Counted from the stretch's first letter, positions 33,598-44,364 are shown. The stretch: DNA of 64,000 bases from an uncultured cyanobacterium (GCA_963749915.1 CAVVOP010000008.1:160001-224000); one strand, 5' to 3'. Translations and numbers: made by a program. The notes: generated by a model from the sequence alone, not told the origin.

Positions 33598-35250
33598 TTA
33601 AAAACTAAATATAGTTCTAAATCCTCCTACCACAATATCTTGGTTATCAGCATCTTGGTTAGGTGCGGTAATCCAAATTACATAAGGAGTTACTGAAATA
33701 TTATCATTAAATTGATGACGATAATAAGTTTCTATGTGAAGAGAAGTATCATTTTTGAATTCATTATAAGGTAAACCTGTCCTGACTCCTGTTAAAGTGG
33801 GTTCAACACCTACTACAACCCCCCCTAAATTTCCCTCTTTAAATAAGTCAGGAAAAGCCGCTTGAATGGAATATGTCCAAATCTCTGCATCCCCTTTACC
33901 AATTAATCTCGCATTGATGTAATTTCCCCAAGCACCAAGAGCGAATTTAGGATTAATTACATAATAGCCACCGACTTGATAAGCGTTAGTCGAAACCGCA
34001 GTCGCCTCATCAAAAAGAACATCAGCATCATCAAAACGGTTAGCTAAAGCTGTACCCACAAAACCATTACCTCTAAAAGATTGCCCATTATTAAAGCCAA
34101 AATTACCCGGTGCAAAGTAGCCATTTTGATAAAGTGCTTGTAAGAAAAATTTGGGAGTGGGATTATATTTAACTTCCGCTGCTGCCACATAATCGCCGTT
34201 AAATAAACCAATACTGGGGACATTACCCAAACTTGCCTGATAGGTTAAGTTAATGACGGTGGAATCAAAGAGTTTATAGGTTAAAGATGCACCTCCGCTT
34301 CCTCCTCCCACTAAATAAATAGGTGGTGCAGTGGCAAAAGCACTAACAGGACCTTTTCCAAAGTTGTAATCGGTAACGAAATTAGGTAAAAAAGTAGGTG
34401 CAAAACTAAAACGATTTACCCCGATAACAGTCATTCTCAAATTGTCTGTAATGGGAAAGTCGTACTGCAAGTTGATTAAACGGACATCATTATTCAAATC
34501 TCCTGCCGATGCCGCATAGGCTGAACCTTCTCTGGTTGATCCCACAAATCGATTATTATTAGTTACGGCTAATTCTGGAAAAGCTGTATTGGTTGAGGCA
34601 ATTCCCGTAAGTAATGTATCTTTACCTGTAAAACTGGTAATCATACCCAAAAAAGCATTGTATTGCATATTTGCTTGGGCGTTATCTCCAGACAGATAGA
34701 AATTATTTTGCACCACTATATTTCCTAATAGTTTCGTGGTGGTAGAAAATTGATAATCCTCTAAAAAGGCAACTCTTGACTCTAAATTATCAATTTTTTG
34801 ACCAAGTTGAGTCAATTCAAATTCAAATTCTTGACTAAGTCTCTTTATTTTCTCTAAATCTTCTTTGATAATTGTTTCTTGTTGCGCAATTAAACGTTCT
34901 ATCTGCATGATACAAGCGTTTAACCCTGCTGCAAATTCATAACGACTTAAGGCACGATTACCTCTAAAAGTACTATCAGGATAACCAACTATACAACCGT
35001 ATCTTTCCACTAAACTTCGTAACGCTTCATAAGCCCAATCTGTGGGGGAAACATCCCTTAAATTAGAAACATTATTTATCTGTTTCATGGTTTCATCAGG
35101 AAGAACCTCAATACTAGAATCTAAGTCCAATTCATCGGAGAAATTTACAATTTCACCTCTTACATAACCGCCATTAATAGTGCTAGATAAACTAGCGAGA
35201 AAAACTATTCTTGTGATCCTATTTTTAAATAATTGTTGCAGGTCAAACAT
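33598..35250 (-). CDS. Cyanobacterial outer-membrane porin (SLH + OprB-like barrel)
   Basis: DVSPTDWAYEAL..GYPDSTFRGNRALSRYEFAAGL, QFSTTTKL, terminal Phe. Confidence 0.92.
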   Translation of the reverse strand: MFDLQQLFKNRITRIVFLASLSSTINGGYVRGEIVNFSDELDLDSSIEVLPDETMKQINNVSNLRDVSPTDWAYEALRSLVERYGCIVGYPDSTFRGNRALSRYEFAAGLNACIMQIERLIAQQETIIKEDLEKIKRLSQEFEFELTQLGQKIDNLESRVAFLEDYQFSTTTKLLGNIVVQNNFYLSGDNAQANMQYNAFLGMITSFTGKDTLLTGIASTNTAFPELAVTNNNRFVGSTREGSAYAASAGDLNNDVRLINLQYDFPITDNLRMTVIGVNRFSFAPTFLPNFVTDYNFGKGPVSAFATAPPIYLVGGGSGGASLTYKLFDSTVINLTYQASLGNVPSIGLFNGDYVAAAEVKYNPTPKFFLQALYQNGYFAPGNFGFNNGQSFRGNGFVGTALANRFDDADVLFDEATAVSTNAYQVGGYYVINPKFALGAWGNYINARLIGKGDAEIWTYSIQAAFPDLFKEGNLGGVVVGVEPTLTGVRTGLPYNEFKNDTSLHIETYYRHQFNDNISVTPYVIWITAPNQDADNQDIVVGGFRTIFSF

Positions 35251-35418
35251 TTTTTTTCTTCACACCAATTTTTTTATATTATGATAATGTCTCAACTTAA
35301 TTTAAGTATTCACTTGTATGAAAACCATACAAAAGTTAATAATAATAGTAATCCTATTTTTTCAGATATTATATCGGTGTTAGTCAAAAAAAAATTATAT
35401 TTCTGTCGGGTTTAATTT

Positions 35419-36396
35419 ATGAGTAATTATCGTCTTCTCGAACAAAAATCTATTTATATTTCCATCATCGCAACCTTATCAATGGCAATTTTCGGTATTA
35501 GTGTAAGTATTCTAATTCAATCTGATGCGGTAATGCTTGACGGTATTTTTAATAGCATCAACTGTGCTATGGCGATCGCCTCTTTATGGATTACTAAATT
35601 GATTCAAAAACCAGAAAATAAATCCTTTAACTTCGGTTATTCAGGTTTTGTCCCACTACTTAACGTTTGTAAAGGGTTATTGGTTTTTGCGGTGTCCGTT
35701 TTTGCCTTAACTTCAGCTTTAATGGCTTTATTTCACGGTGGTACAGAAGCTAAAGCGGGAAAGGCTGTTATTTATGCGATAATTGCGGCTACGGTTTGTT
35801 TAACTGTCACAGTTATTCAAAAAGGATTAGCGAAAAAAACCAATTCTCCCATTGTCAAAGTTGACGCTCAAAATTGGTTCATTAACGGCATGATTTCCTT
35901 AGCGGTAGGGGTTTCTTTTGGAATTGCTACTTTTTTAGCCACAACTCCTTTGAAAGGTTTAGTTCCTTACGCTGATCCTCTAATCGTAACAATATTGGTA
36001 TTAATTGCCTTTCCTATTCCCGTAAGCGTTATTTTAATTAACTTAAAACAATTGATGTTAGGTTCTGCTAGTGAGGAAATACAAACCAAAGTCAAAGGTT
36101 TAGTAGAAGAATTTATCAATCAATATCCTTATGCCAGATACGCTTTAAGAATGACAGAAGTGGGGCAAGTTGTCTATCTTCATTTTTACTGGCTATTATC
36201 TCCTAATCATAATATTTCTGTCGCTGAACTAGATCAAATTCGTTTTGATATGATTAAACATATTACCCAAGAATATCCTAATATGACCATTGATATTATC
36301 TTTACCCAAGATCAGGAATGGTTTTTTGAAATGAATGATCATCGTGGGGTTACGTCTATTGAAAATCCCAAAACTATTACGGAAGATCGCAGATGA
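35419..36396 (+). CDS. Cation diffusion facilitator (CDF) family transporter
   Basis: Six TMs, SDAVMLDG, F.FGY, YADP, cytoplasmic C-terminal domain. Confidence 0.8.
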   Translation: MSNYRLLEQKSIYISIIATLSMAIFGISVSILIQSDAVMLDGIFNSINCAMAIASLWITKLIQKPENKSFNFGYSGFVPLLNVCKGLLVFAVSVFALTSALMALFHGGTEAKAGKAVIYAIIAATVCLTVTVIQKGLAKKTNSPIVKVDAQNWFINGMISLAVGVSFGIATFLATTPLKGLVPYADPLIVTILVLIAFPIPVSVILINLKQLMLGSASEEIQTKVKGLVEEFINQYPYARYALRMTEVGQVVYLHFYWLLSPNHNISVAELDQIRFDMIKHITQEYPNMTIDIIFTQDQEWFFEMNDHRGVTSIENPKTITEDRR

Positions 36397-36453
36397 GAAC
36401 CAAATCATAGTGTACGAAAACCTCAATATCAATATCAAAGAATAGATTTTTCC

Positions 36454-36912
36454 CTATTGCCCAAACAGTAGAAAATCTAAGGAGAATTTACCCGGTCCTA
36501 CAAAGAAAAACATAAGCGCGATCGCCAAATAAACCAGAGAAGTATCATAGGATTGTCCAGGCGCATCAGGTCTTTGTTTCATAAAAGGTACACCATTAGA
36601 TAAATATATAAATATTGCGATCGCCATTGAACCGGATAAACCTAAAGCCGCTAAAAATGTCAAAAAACCAGAAATCATCGCCACGCCACCTCCAAAGATA
36701 GTTACAGCACCTAATGCTTGGAAAAAAGAGGGTATTCCTGATGGTTTTGGTTTACCCATATCCATCCAACCCCAGGGATTTTTTAACATTGGTAAGCCGT
36801 AAAAAATCAGAGAAACACCCCAAATAACTCTTAAAATCAAAAGCCCTAATCCTTCTAAACCACCGTGAAATTCAGGCAAATATCTAGTTAAACTTTCTAC
36901 TTCTATAATCAT
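36454..36912 (-). CDS. DoxX family membrane protein
   Basis: GLLILRV..G, GPGKFSLD. Confidence 0.85.
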   Translation of the reverse strand: MIIEVESLTRYLPEFHGGLEGLGLLILRVIWGVSLIFYGLPMLKNPWGWMDMGKPKPSGIPSFFQALGAVTIFGGGVAMISGFLTFLAALGLSGSMAIAIFIYLSNGVPFMKQRPDAPGQSYDTSLVYLAIALMFFFVGPGKFSLDFLLFGQ

Positions 36913-37012
36913 TTTCTAGCACAACATAAATTATCTTAGTTAATTATATAGACCATATTAAGAAATATTAAAATAAAGTTTTACTATTAAAACTATTAAC
37001 TAGAATATTGGC

Positions 37013-37066
37013 TAACATTAAAATCAATAACATTAAAATCAATAACATTAAAATCAATAACATTAA
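37013..37066. repeat. 15-bp tandem repeat (taacattaaaatcaa) x3.6
   Basis: Perfect units at 37013, 37028, 37043 plus partial unit at 37058. Confidence 0.9.
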
Positions 37067-37181
37067 TTAGTCTAATTTATTGCTACTTGATTTATGTGAT
37101 CCCTAAAAATCAATTGAATTTCTCCCGTTAAAAAATTGAATATCTTACTGTAGAAAAAGGTTTTTAAGCCAAAAACGTTAA

Positions 37182-38729
37182 TTGCTAATCAAGGATGCTT
37201 TCATGATTTCAACTATCAATCAATCTACTCAGGTAGATTATGCCACCAGAGATCAACAAGGAAAAGTTACCTTTTATGTGCTGTTGTGGAAAAGAGAGGG
37301 TATATCTCTAGAATTATTCGATGAATACTGGAAAGATGTTCATGGTCCAGTTTGTGCTAGATTACCCGGACAGTATCAATATTGGCAATTTCATGTTGCC
37401 CACAATGAAGGTGGTTTTTGTCCTCAAATTCCGGGTATAGTCTCTCAAAGCCCCCTAGAAGATAATTTTGACGGTATCGCTGAACTAACTTTTAAGAATG
37501 AAAGTGATCGTAACACATGGTTTACGGCCGCCGGTATGCTGATGGATGATGAGCATAATCTGTTCAAGAAAGCCATTGGTTATACCACCAGTCAGGGTAA
37601 TTCCATTACTTATGTTGACCGCATTGCCGATGGTACACCGAACGGCAACACGGGAATAGTCAAATTTCATGTGATGGTGAAAAGAAAATCTAGTGTTCCT
37701 AAAGATGCTTTTCGTCGTTATCTTAAAGATACTTTCGCACCCAACATTGTCAAAAGCGATTCCCTCTTAAAATTTAGATTACATCTATTCGATGACATTG
37801 ATAACTCTCGTCCTGATGCCGCAGGGGTTATTCATTCTGAGGCCCAGGGTAAAGAATATGATGGGGCTTACGAAATTGCTTTTGTCAATCAACTAGAGCG
37901 AGAAAAATTCTTTGCTTCTGTTGAATATAACCAAGGCATTCAAAGTGCATCTCAATATATACAACAAATTTGCCCCTTTCCTGAACGCACTGCATATACT
38001 TTTGTCTATGAAGGAAAAATGACCCTTGCGGGACAAAGAAGTTCCTCCGTTGCAGAGTTAATCACGGAAATCGGTGCAGTGAATCAGATTAAACCTGATA
38101 TTACCGAATTAATGTTACATCAAAAATTAGGAAATCAAGCCACGTCAAATAACAATAAGTCAATGAAAAAAAGAACCAATTATTATCAAGGATTGTCAGC
38201 GGATTATTCTCGTCCGGGGTTAGTTACTGCTTACGTTGCTCAAAAATTAATCGAAGATGCAGTAAAAATTGTCGCCATGAAAGAGCCAATTCTACCAGAA
38301 ATTAGCCCCAGCTATACATTAGCCCAAATTGAGCAAGAAAATAAAGATTGGTGGCCCACCCATTGCGAAGCCTTGAGACAGGGGAGAGGGGATATTTTAA
38401 CAGGAGAATATCGAGATGATTTAATTTATCTTTGTCAAGATGGCCCCTATTTTGGTTTGAATGAGCAAAGAGAGAGAGAAAAACATTGGTGGGCTTTGAT
38501 TGCACAACCTAACGTCACCATGTGTTGGCCCATTGTCATGTTTTCTGGGGAACATACTTATTTTGAGTGGAAATGTGTTGACGATGAAACTAACGAAACC
38601 TTAGCCAAAGGTAACGTCACTTGGGTAAGACGAGGACACAGAGGGGCTTGTTATCTCAAAACTGAGCAGTTAACCTTCTATCGTGATGTATTTGCACCTA
38701 GTGAATTAATTGAGTTAATAACCACTTAA
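37182..38729 (+). CDS. EthD-like tandem domains fused to an NTF2/SnoaL-like C-terminal domain
   Basis: LWKREG..F..YWKDVHGP..YWQFH..FDGIAELTF; C-terminal ~188 aa from 38163; probable start 37203. Confidence 0.75.
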   Translation: MLIKDAFMISTINQSTQVDYATRDQQGKVTFYVLLWKREGISLELFDEYWKDVHGPVCARLPGQYQYWQFHVAHNEGGFCPQIPGIVSQSPLEDNFDGIAELTFKNESDRNTWFTAAGMLMDDEHNLFKKAIGYTTSQGNSITYVDRIADGTPNGNTGIVKFHVMVKRKSSVPKDAFRRYLKDTFAPNIVKSDSLLKFRLHLFDDIDNSRPDAAGVIHSEAQGKEYDGAYEIAFVNQLEREKFFASVEYNQGIQSASQYIQQICPFPERTAYTFVYEGKMTLAGQRSSSVAELITEIGAVNQIKPDITELMLHQKLGNQATSNNNKSMKKRTNYYQGLSADYSRPGLVTAYVAQKLIEDAVKIVAMKEPILPEISPSYTLAQIEQENKDWWPTHCEALRQGRGDILTGEYRDDLIYLCQDGPYFGLNEQREREKHWWALIAQPNVTMCWPIVMFSGEHTYFEWKCVDDETNETLAKGNVTWVRRGHRGACYLKTEQLTFYRDVFAPSELIELITT

Positions 38730-38840
38730 AAAAGGTAAAAGGCACAAGGGATATAAGTGTTTAGTATATTACATTTTCTTAATAGTTCCTTGCCCTCACA
38801 AGTAAGTTTAGATACCAACCGAATTACTAAATATGCGATA

Positions 38841-39200
38841 ATGACAGAACAATCTTATTACAAAAATGCGGTCCTCGACGATTTGGAATTGCAAGAGGCT
38901 TTGAAAGGCATTAACCCCCAGTTTGGGGATTTCGTCACCAGAGTAGCGGGTGAGGCGTGGGGATTACCCTTAATTGACCAAAAAACCAAGGCTTTAATCA
39001 CGATCGCTATCGATGTAATAAATCAAAGTCAAAACGGCCCAGGTAGCCCTTTTGGTGCTCATGTGTCCATGGCAATGAAACAAGGTGCAACCAGAGAGGA
39101 AATCGAGGAGTTATTATTATTTCTTTGTCCTTATACTGGTTTCAATAAAGCGGCTGGTTGCTTTGGTGCTTTAAACGATTTTTTTTCTCAATCCCAGTAG
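38841..39200 (+). CDS. Carboxymuconolactone decarboxylase family protein (Slr1853-like)
   Basis: GEAWG...IDQKTKALITIA..H...A...GATREEIEE; start MTEQ at 38841 preferred over 38757. Confidence 0.85.
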   Translation: MTEQSYYKNAVLDDLELQEALKGINPQFGDFVTRVAGEAWGLPLIDQKTKALITIAIDVINQSQNGPGSPFGAHVSMAMKQGATREEIEELLLFLCPYTGFNKAAGCFGALNDFFSQSQ

Positions 39201-39211
39201 AGGATAAGCCT

Positions 39212-42200
39212 ATGACTTTAACGATGACCCAAACTAATTATGCCTCAAGAGATCAAGAAGGGAAAGTTGCCTTTTATGTCCTTCTTTGGAAACGAGAAGG
39301 TATCCCTCTTGATTTATTTGATAACTATTGGAAAGATGTTCATGGTCCGGTATGTGCCAGATTACCTGGACAACACCAATATTGGCAGTTTCATGTTGCC
39401 CACAGTGAAAATGGTTTGTTCCCAAATCTTAATGGTTCAAATTCCTATTTTGACCCCCAAGATAATTTTGACGGCATTGCTGAATTGACTTTCAAAAATG
39501 AAAGTGATCGCAATACTTGGTTCACGGCGGCGGGGATTCTCATGGATGATGAACGCAATCTCTTTAAAAAGGCGATCGGTTATACCACCAGTCCTGGTAA
39601 CTCTATTACTTATGTGGATAGCATTGCCAACGGGGCACCTAACGGGGTTGTGGATGCAGTTAAATTCCATGTGATGGTGAAAAAAGACCCCCATGTGAGT
39701 GTAGAAAATTTCCGTAATTATTTACGCAACATCTTTGCCCCCAAAGTTAGCCAATCTTCGTCAGTCCTCAAATTTCGTTTACACCTGTTTGACGCCATTG
39801 ATAATTCTCGCCCCGATGCCCCCGGAGTAATCCATTCCGAGAGTCAAGGTAAAGAATATGATGGAGCGTTTGAAATTGCCTTTGCTAACCAATTAGAGCG
39901 AGAAAAATTCTTTGCTTCCCCAGAATATCAACAGGCAATTCAACAAGCAGGGCAATATCTACAATTAATTCGCCCCTTCCCTGAACGCACTGCCTATACT
40001 TTCGTGTATGACGGCAAAATGACTTTAGCGGGGGAAAGAAGCGCGAAGGTATCAGAATTAATTGCTCATATTGGAGCAACTAACCAATTACAACCAGATA
40101 TAACTAATCTTATGCTCAGTGGTACTTATCAAAACGGACAATCTGTAGCTAATAACGGTAGCGGTAACAAAAAAGTATTTTTAGATACTACGCTTCAAGC
40201 CTCTCAAAGATCCATCGCTCAACACCTACAGGGGGTTCAGCATTTTGGGATCACCGTTAATAACCTTGATCTCGCCCTCGAATTTTATCTTGAAGTTTTA
40301 GGAGGTAAATTGGCCATCGCTGGTGATGGCTTTGTCGGTGACGAATTACATAATCTTCTCTTCCAAAAAGAAGAAATAGAGGCCAAAGAAAAAGGAATTA
40401 GCCTTGAATCCGTAGGTGTTCCTAGTATTCGAGACGGTAGCAAAGAAGCCTTAGACGTGCGCTTTATCTCCTTTGGTAATACTTGTGTGGAATTAATCCA
40501 CTTCCGCAATGCTCATCTTGATGCTCATGCCCCCAATGCCTTTGATGCCATTCCTTCGGGTATTGGCCATGTAAACGCCCCTCATATCTCCTTCTTTGTC
40601 AAAGATGATGTGGATTTGAACGAATTCGCCCAAATGTTGGAGGAAGAATGTCATCGCCGAGGCATGACTAATGTAGTGGCTAATCGTACCATCGAACTTA
40701 CCTCGGAACAAGCAAGGGAAAAAGCACCCCATATCTACGCTAAAACAGAGTTTCCGGGGGATTTTGACGGTTGGGCATTATTTTATTGTAAAGGACCTAA
40801 CGGTGAACAATTAGAATTTAACCAAGTCAGACGTACTGCCAAGGCAAACTTTACCCGTGCCCAAAAAGAATATAACCTCGCTAACAATAGTAACTATTGG
40901 GGTTTGAATGGCAGGGGATTTAGTGAAAGCAATAAGGAGTTAGTGGCTAACTACAGCATCCCTGTTAATGCTAGTTCTGAATTAGTCTGGAAAATTCTCT
41001 TAGATAAAATCGAGAATCCGGGTAACTATATGCCTTCTCCTGTGGAATATACCAAAACCCTAGAGAAATATAGTGACGGGATGTTGAGGGAAGTAAAAAC
41101 CTCTCAAATGCTTGTCAGAGAAAGAATTACCATTGATGAAGCCAATCGGATCATCACATACGATATTCTCAACTATCCGATGTTTCAGCCCCGCTTTGTC
41201 AATCAGGTAGTTCAACCTCAAGAACAGGGAAAACAATCGCTACCCATGCTGATTAATGCTTTTCAACTAACCCCCATTGCTGAAGGTGCTTTAGAGTTAC
41301 CCGAAGCTCAACCTTTTGTCCACGCCGCTAATCCAAAATTTATTGAACAAGCGACGTTACACATTAAAAACATTATTGAACAACAAAACCCGGTAAATAC
41401 CATGACTCAAGCTGCTGCTACCATTCAACCTACTTCCACCGAAGGAAGATTATGTCAAATTGTCCGTCAAATGTTCCTTGCAGGGGAATCAATGAATGTC
41501 GAAAATTTTGTTAAATTCTACACCGAAGATGCTCACTACCAATTTAGTAATTTTCCTGTAGCCTACGGACCTCAAGGCATCAAGGATTCATCCCAAGGCT
41601 TTTTGCAAATGGTGGCTAAAGTTTATCACCATATCATGAAAATGTGGGAAGTAGGCAACACCGTTATTTGTGAAATGGAAGTTACTTATGTCCGTCATGA
41701 TGGTAAAGTTTTCCGTCTGCCCTGTTGCGATACCATCGTCTTTAAAGGGGATAAGGTGCAAGAATTACGCATCTTTATGGATATTAGCCCTGTATTCAAT
41801 ACCCCTCAAGTGGGCTCAGAAGAAGGAGAACCAGTTTTGCCCAAAGGAACGATTAGTGCAATTTTAGGCAAAATGTATGAGGCTTTACACGCTAGTAATT
41901 GGGAAGAATTTAAAACCTTCTTTACCGATGATGTTCTCTATAAAATTGGTGCAAATGATCCTGTAATTGGTCCAGAAGCGATCGCTGGGTTATTGCAACA
42001 CATTTATAAAACCCTTAAACTTACCACCCATAACCAACGAGGATTCTGGGAAGTCGGCAATACCATCATTTTAGAAATGGATGCTAATTATGTCAATAAA
42101 AAAGACAAAACTTTTGTACAAGTTCCCTGTACCGACATTTACCGTTTTGATGGGGAAAAAATTTACGAATGGCGTGTTTATCCCGACGCTTCTAAAACAG

Positions 42201-42214
42201 GAGTTGTCTTATAG
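39212..42214 (+). CDS. Multidomain enzyme: EthD x2 - VOC/glyoxalase - SRPBCC-like - SnoaL x2
   Basis: N-terminus paralogous to 37182 gene; QHFGITV..FY, HISF, GPNGEQLEF (VOC); LVWKILLDKIENP (SRPBCC); two FY/FFT.D..PC.D SnoaL repeats; AGAGGA RBS before ATG 39212. Confidence 0.8.
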   Translation: MTLTMTQTNYASRDQEGKVAFYVLLWKREGIPLDLFDNYWKDVHGPVCARLPGQHQYWQFHVAHSENGLFPNLNGSNSYFDPQDNFDGIAELTFKNESDRNTWFTAAGILMDDERNLFKKAIGYTTSPGNSITYVDSIANGAPNGVVDAVKFHVMVKKDPHVSVENFRNYLRNIFAPKVSQSSSVLKFRLHLFDAIDNSRPDAPGVIHSESQGKEYDGAFEIAFANQLEREKFFASPEYQQAIQQAGQYLQLIRPFPERTAYTFVYDGKMTLAGERSAKVSELIAHIGATNQLQPDITNLMLSGTYQNGQSVANNGSGNKKVFLDTTLQASQRSIAQHLQGVQHFGITVNNLDLALEFYLEVLGGKLAIAGDGFVGDELHNLLFQKEEIEAKEKGISLESVGVPSIRDGSKEALDVRFISFGNTCVELIHFRNAHLDAHAPNAFDAIPSGIGHVNAPHISFFVKDDVDLNEFAQMLEEECHRRGMTNVVANRTIELTSEQAREKAPHIYAKTEFPGDFDGWALFYCKGPNGEQLEFNQVRRTAKANFTRAQKEYNLANNSNYWGLNGRGFSESNKELVANYSIPVNASSELVWKILLDKIENPGNYMPSPVEYTKTLEKYSDGMLREVKTSQMLVRERITIDEANRIITYDILNYPMFQPRFVNQVVQPQEQGKQSLPMLINAFQLTPIAEGALELPEAQPFVHAANPKFIEQATLHIKNIIEQQNPVNTMTQAAATIQPTSTEGRLCQIVRQMFLAGESMNVENFVKFYTEDAHYQFSNFPVAYGPQGIKDSSQGFLQMVAKVYHHIMKMWEVGNTVICEMEVTYVRHDGKVFRLPCCDTIVFKGDKVQELRIFMDISPVFNTPQVGSEEGEPVLPKGTISAILGKMYEALHASNWEEFKTFFTDDVLYKIGANDPVIGPEAIAGLLQHIYKTLKLTTHNQRGFWEVGNTIILEMDANYVNKKDKTFVQVPCTDIYRFDGEKIYEWRVYPDASKTGVVL

Positions 42215-42229
42215 CATTGCTTTTTCAAA

Positions 42230-42247
42230 AAGGGGTTTAAACCCCTT
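42230..42247. terminator. Palindrome after the EthD operon
   Basis: aaggggtttaaacccctt just downstream of the stop codon. Confidence 0.45.
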
Positions 42248-42465
42248 GCACCTCTCCAAAAATTACAATTTAGTGTTGAAAATCATCGAAAAAGTTATCT
42301 AAGTTCATAAATTATTTGCGAGTATCGATTGGTTTTTAAATTATGGGAGAGGTCTTTTGTTTATTTCTAAGATCTTTCAGTGTTGCCTATTGCTGAGTTT
42401 TGATGAAAGAAATTTTAAAACAATGCAATATATATTAATAAAATAATTCGAGGAGAATATCAATT

Positions 42466-44364
42466 GTGAGCGGATTACATGATTTGCCTTTAGATGCACA
42501 AGCACAATACGAAGGAGAAAGAACCACATTTGACCAAAACGCGTCGGGGGCATCTTATATTTATGTAACACAAGACAATAGCGATCTTATAGAGGTTGAT
42601 TTTAATCGAAACCCTTTGATCGCTGCGGCGACAGATCCCGATAGTCCATCCTATGACCCTAACCTTAACCCTGATAGTATCAAAAAATTCTTTGTACCTA
42701 ATTTTATCTCTGTAGGTTTTGACAATAATGGGGAAAAGATTTATACAGAAAAAACAGTTGCCACTTTCCAACCATCCCAAGGTTTATATCAGGATCTTGT
42801 TACCTTGGGGCAAACAGACAATAAGTTTGATGCTTTTGAGTTTCTTATCCCTCCTGAAGCAACCACAGCATTTCACACCCACTTTAATGGAACGGAAATA
42901 TTCTATGTGTTGGGAGGAGATCCTGCCAACGATGATAACCCGAACATTGATGATAACGATAATGTTGTATTTGATTTGAACGCCGATGCTGATGGCGTAT
43001 TTAATCTGGCAGACCCGACGAATCCTTTTTCCGTTCTTAAAGATGATGAAATTGAGATTAACGATGTTAAGGTGACGAAGGGATCTTTTGTGTCAGTACC
43101 GGCGGGAAAAGTTCACACCTGGTCAAATACTGGTTCTGTACCCGCAAGAGTAATCGCTTTTATTGTTCCAGGAGGTATTGCAGAAGGATTCAGAGAAGCC
43201 GGAACTGGAGCTGGGATATTTGATCCTAAGCCGGAAGTCCATCCTTTAACTGATAACTATGAACCGACGGGCAGAACCCCTACGGAAGTAAATGGTGTAG
43301 TTCCTGCTGATGCCCAATTTTACGATTTACTTAAACAGCTACAAGCTATCCCCGATCTCACTAATAAATTAGGGTTTGCTCCTATTCCTACCTATATTGA
43401 AGGTGCAGGACCAGTTATTACCTATGGTGTTAGTGCCGATGGCAGTGGTGCTTTCAAAATTGATCCTTCTGATGAAGCAGGTATTGGTGGAATCGCAAAT
43501 CCTCAAGGAGGTTCTGCTTTGGTCGGAGACGATTCTCCCGGTGCTGCTGATGCTGTATCTGCAACAGTCGACCCTTTTGCTGGATCATCCTTTGAGAATC
43601 CTTTTACCGTTTTGCGATTCGGACAAAATGATGGAATTTTGAACCCTACTCCCATTGAAACTAAATTATTCTCTATTTCTGCACAAGAAGGGGAATATGG
43701 TGATATTAGCAATAATTATGAATTGTTTGGGGTTTTGAGTGGTGAAGTTACATTTGAGTTCGGAGAACAAGATAGTGACCAACATCATGTTCAATTAGCT
43801 TCTGAAGGTGATTACGTTTATATTGAACCGGGTAATCATTTCCATTTAATGGGAACAGAAAGCGGTGCTAATTTAATTCAATTTTCTGGTCTAGCTTCCC
43901 AAAGTCCCCCGACAGATCTTCTTAATACTCCTTTTTATCGCTTTCAAAATACCAATATTTCAGGTACTTATATTTATGCGGGAGAACAAGAAGCACAAAA
44001 TATTCGGCAAAATTTCCTTAATTTTCAAGAGGAGGGGGTTGCTTTTAATGTCGCAGTCCAACCTAATGACAGTTTAATTTCGCTGTACCGTTTTCAAAAT
44101 CGCGATTTACCCGGTACTTATCTTTATGTGGGAGAAGAAGAACGTCAAAGTATTAAACAGAATTATACTAACTTTGTAGAAGAAGGCTTGGCCTTCTATG
44201 CTTATGGATCTGACGCAAATATGGGACAAGATATCTATCGTTTTCAAAGTCTTGTCAATCCTGGTACTTATTTGTATGTGGGGGAACAGGAAAAACAAAG
44301 TATTGAAGCCAACTATGGTTCTCAATTCACTCTAGAAGGTGTAGCTTTTGAAGCTTCAACATAA
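42466..44364 (+). CDS. Bicupin protein with C-terminal triple YRFQN repeat domain
   Basis: FHTHFNGTEIFYV..VPAGKVH metal cupin motif; second degenerate cupin; three ~50-aa repeats at the C-terminus. Confidence 0.75.
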   Translation: MSGLHDLPLDAQAQYEGERTTFDQNASGASYIYVTQDNSDLIEVDFNRNPLIAAATDPDSPSYDPNLNPDSIKKFFVPNFISVGFDNNGEKIYTEKTVATFQPSQGLYQDLVTLGQTDNKFDAFEFLIPPEATTAFHTHFNGTEIFYVLGGDPANDDNPNIDDNDNVVFDLNADADGVFNLADPTNPFSVLKDDEIEINDVKVTKGSFVSVPAGKVHTWSNTGSVPARVIAFIVPGGIAEGFREAGTGAGIFDPKPEVHPLTDNYEPTGRTPTEVNGVVPADAQFYDLLKQLQAIPDLTNKLGFAPIPTYIEGAGPVITYGVSADGSGAFKIDPSDEAGIGGIANPQGGSALVGDDSPGAADAVSATVDPFAGSSFENPFTVLRFGQNDGILNPTPIETKLFSISAQEGEYGDISNNYELFGVLSGEVTFEFGEQDSDQHHVQLASEGDYVYIEPGNHFHLMGTESGANLIQFSGLASQSPPTDLLNTPFYRFQNTNISGTYIYAGEQEAQNIRQNFLNFQEEGVAFNVAVQPNDSLISLYRFQNRDLPGTYLYVGEEERQSIKQNYTNFVEEGLAFYAYGSDANMGQDIYRFQSLVNPGTYLYVGEQEKQSIEANYGSQFTLEGVAFEAST

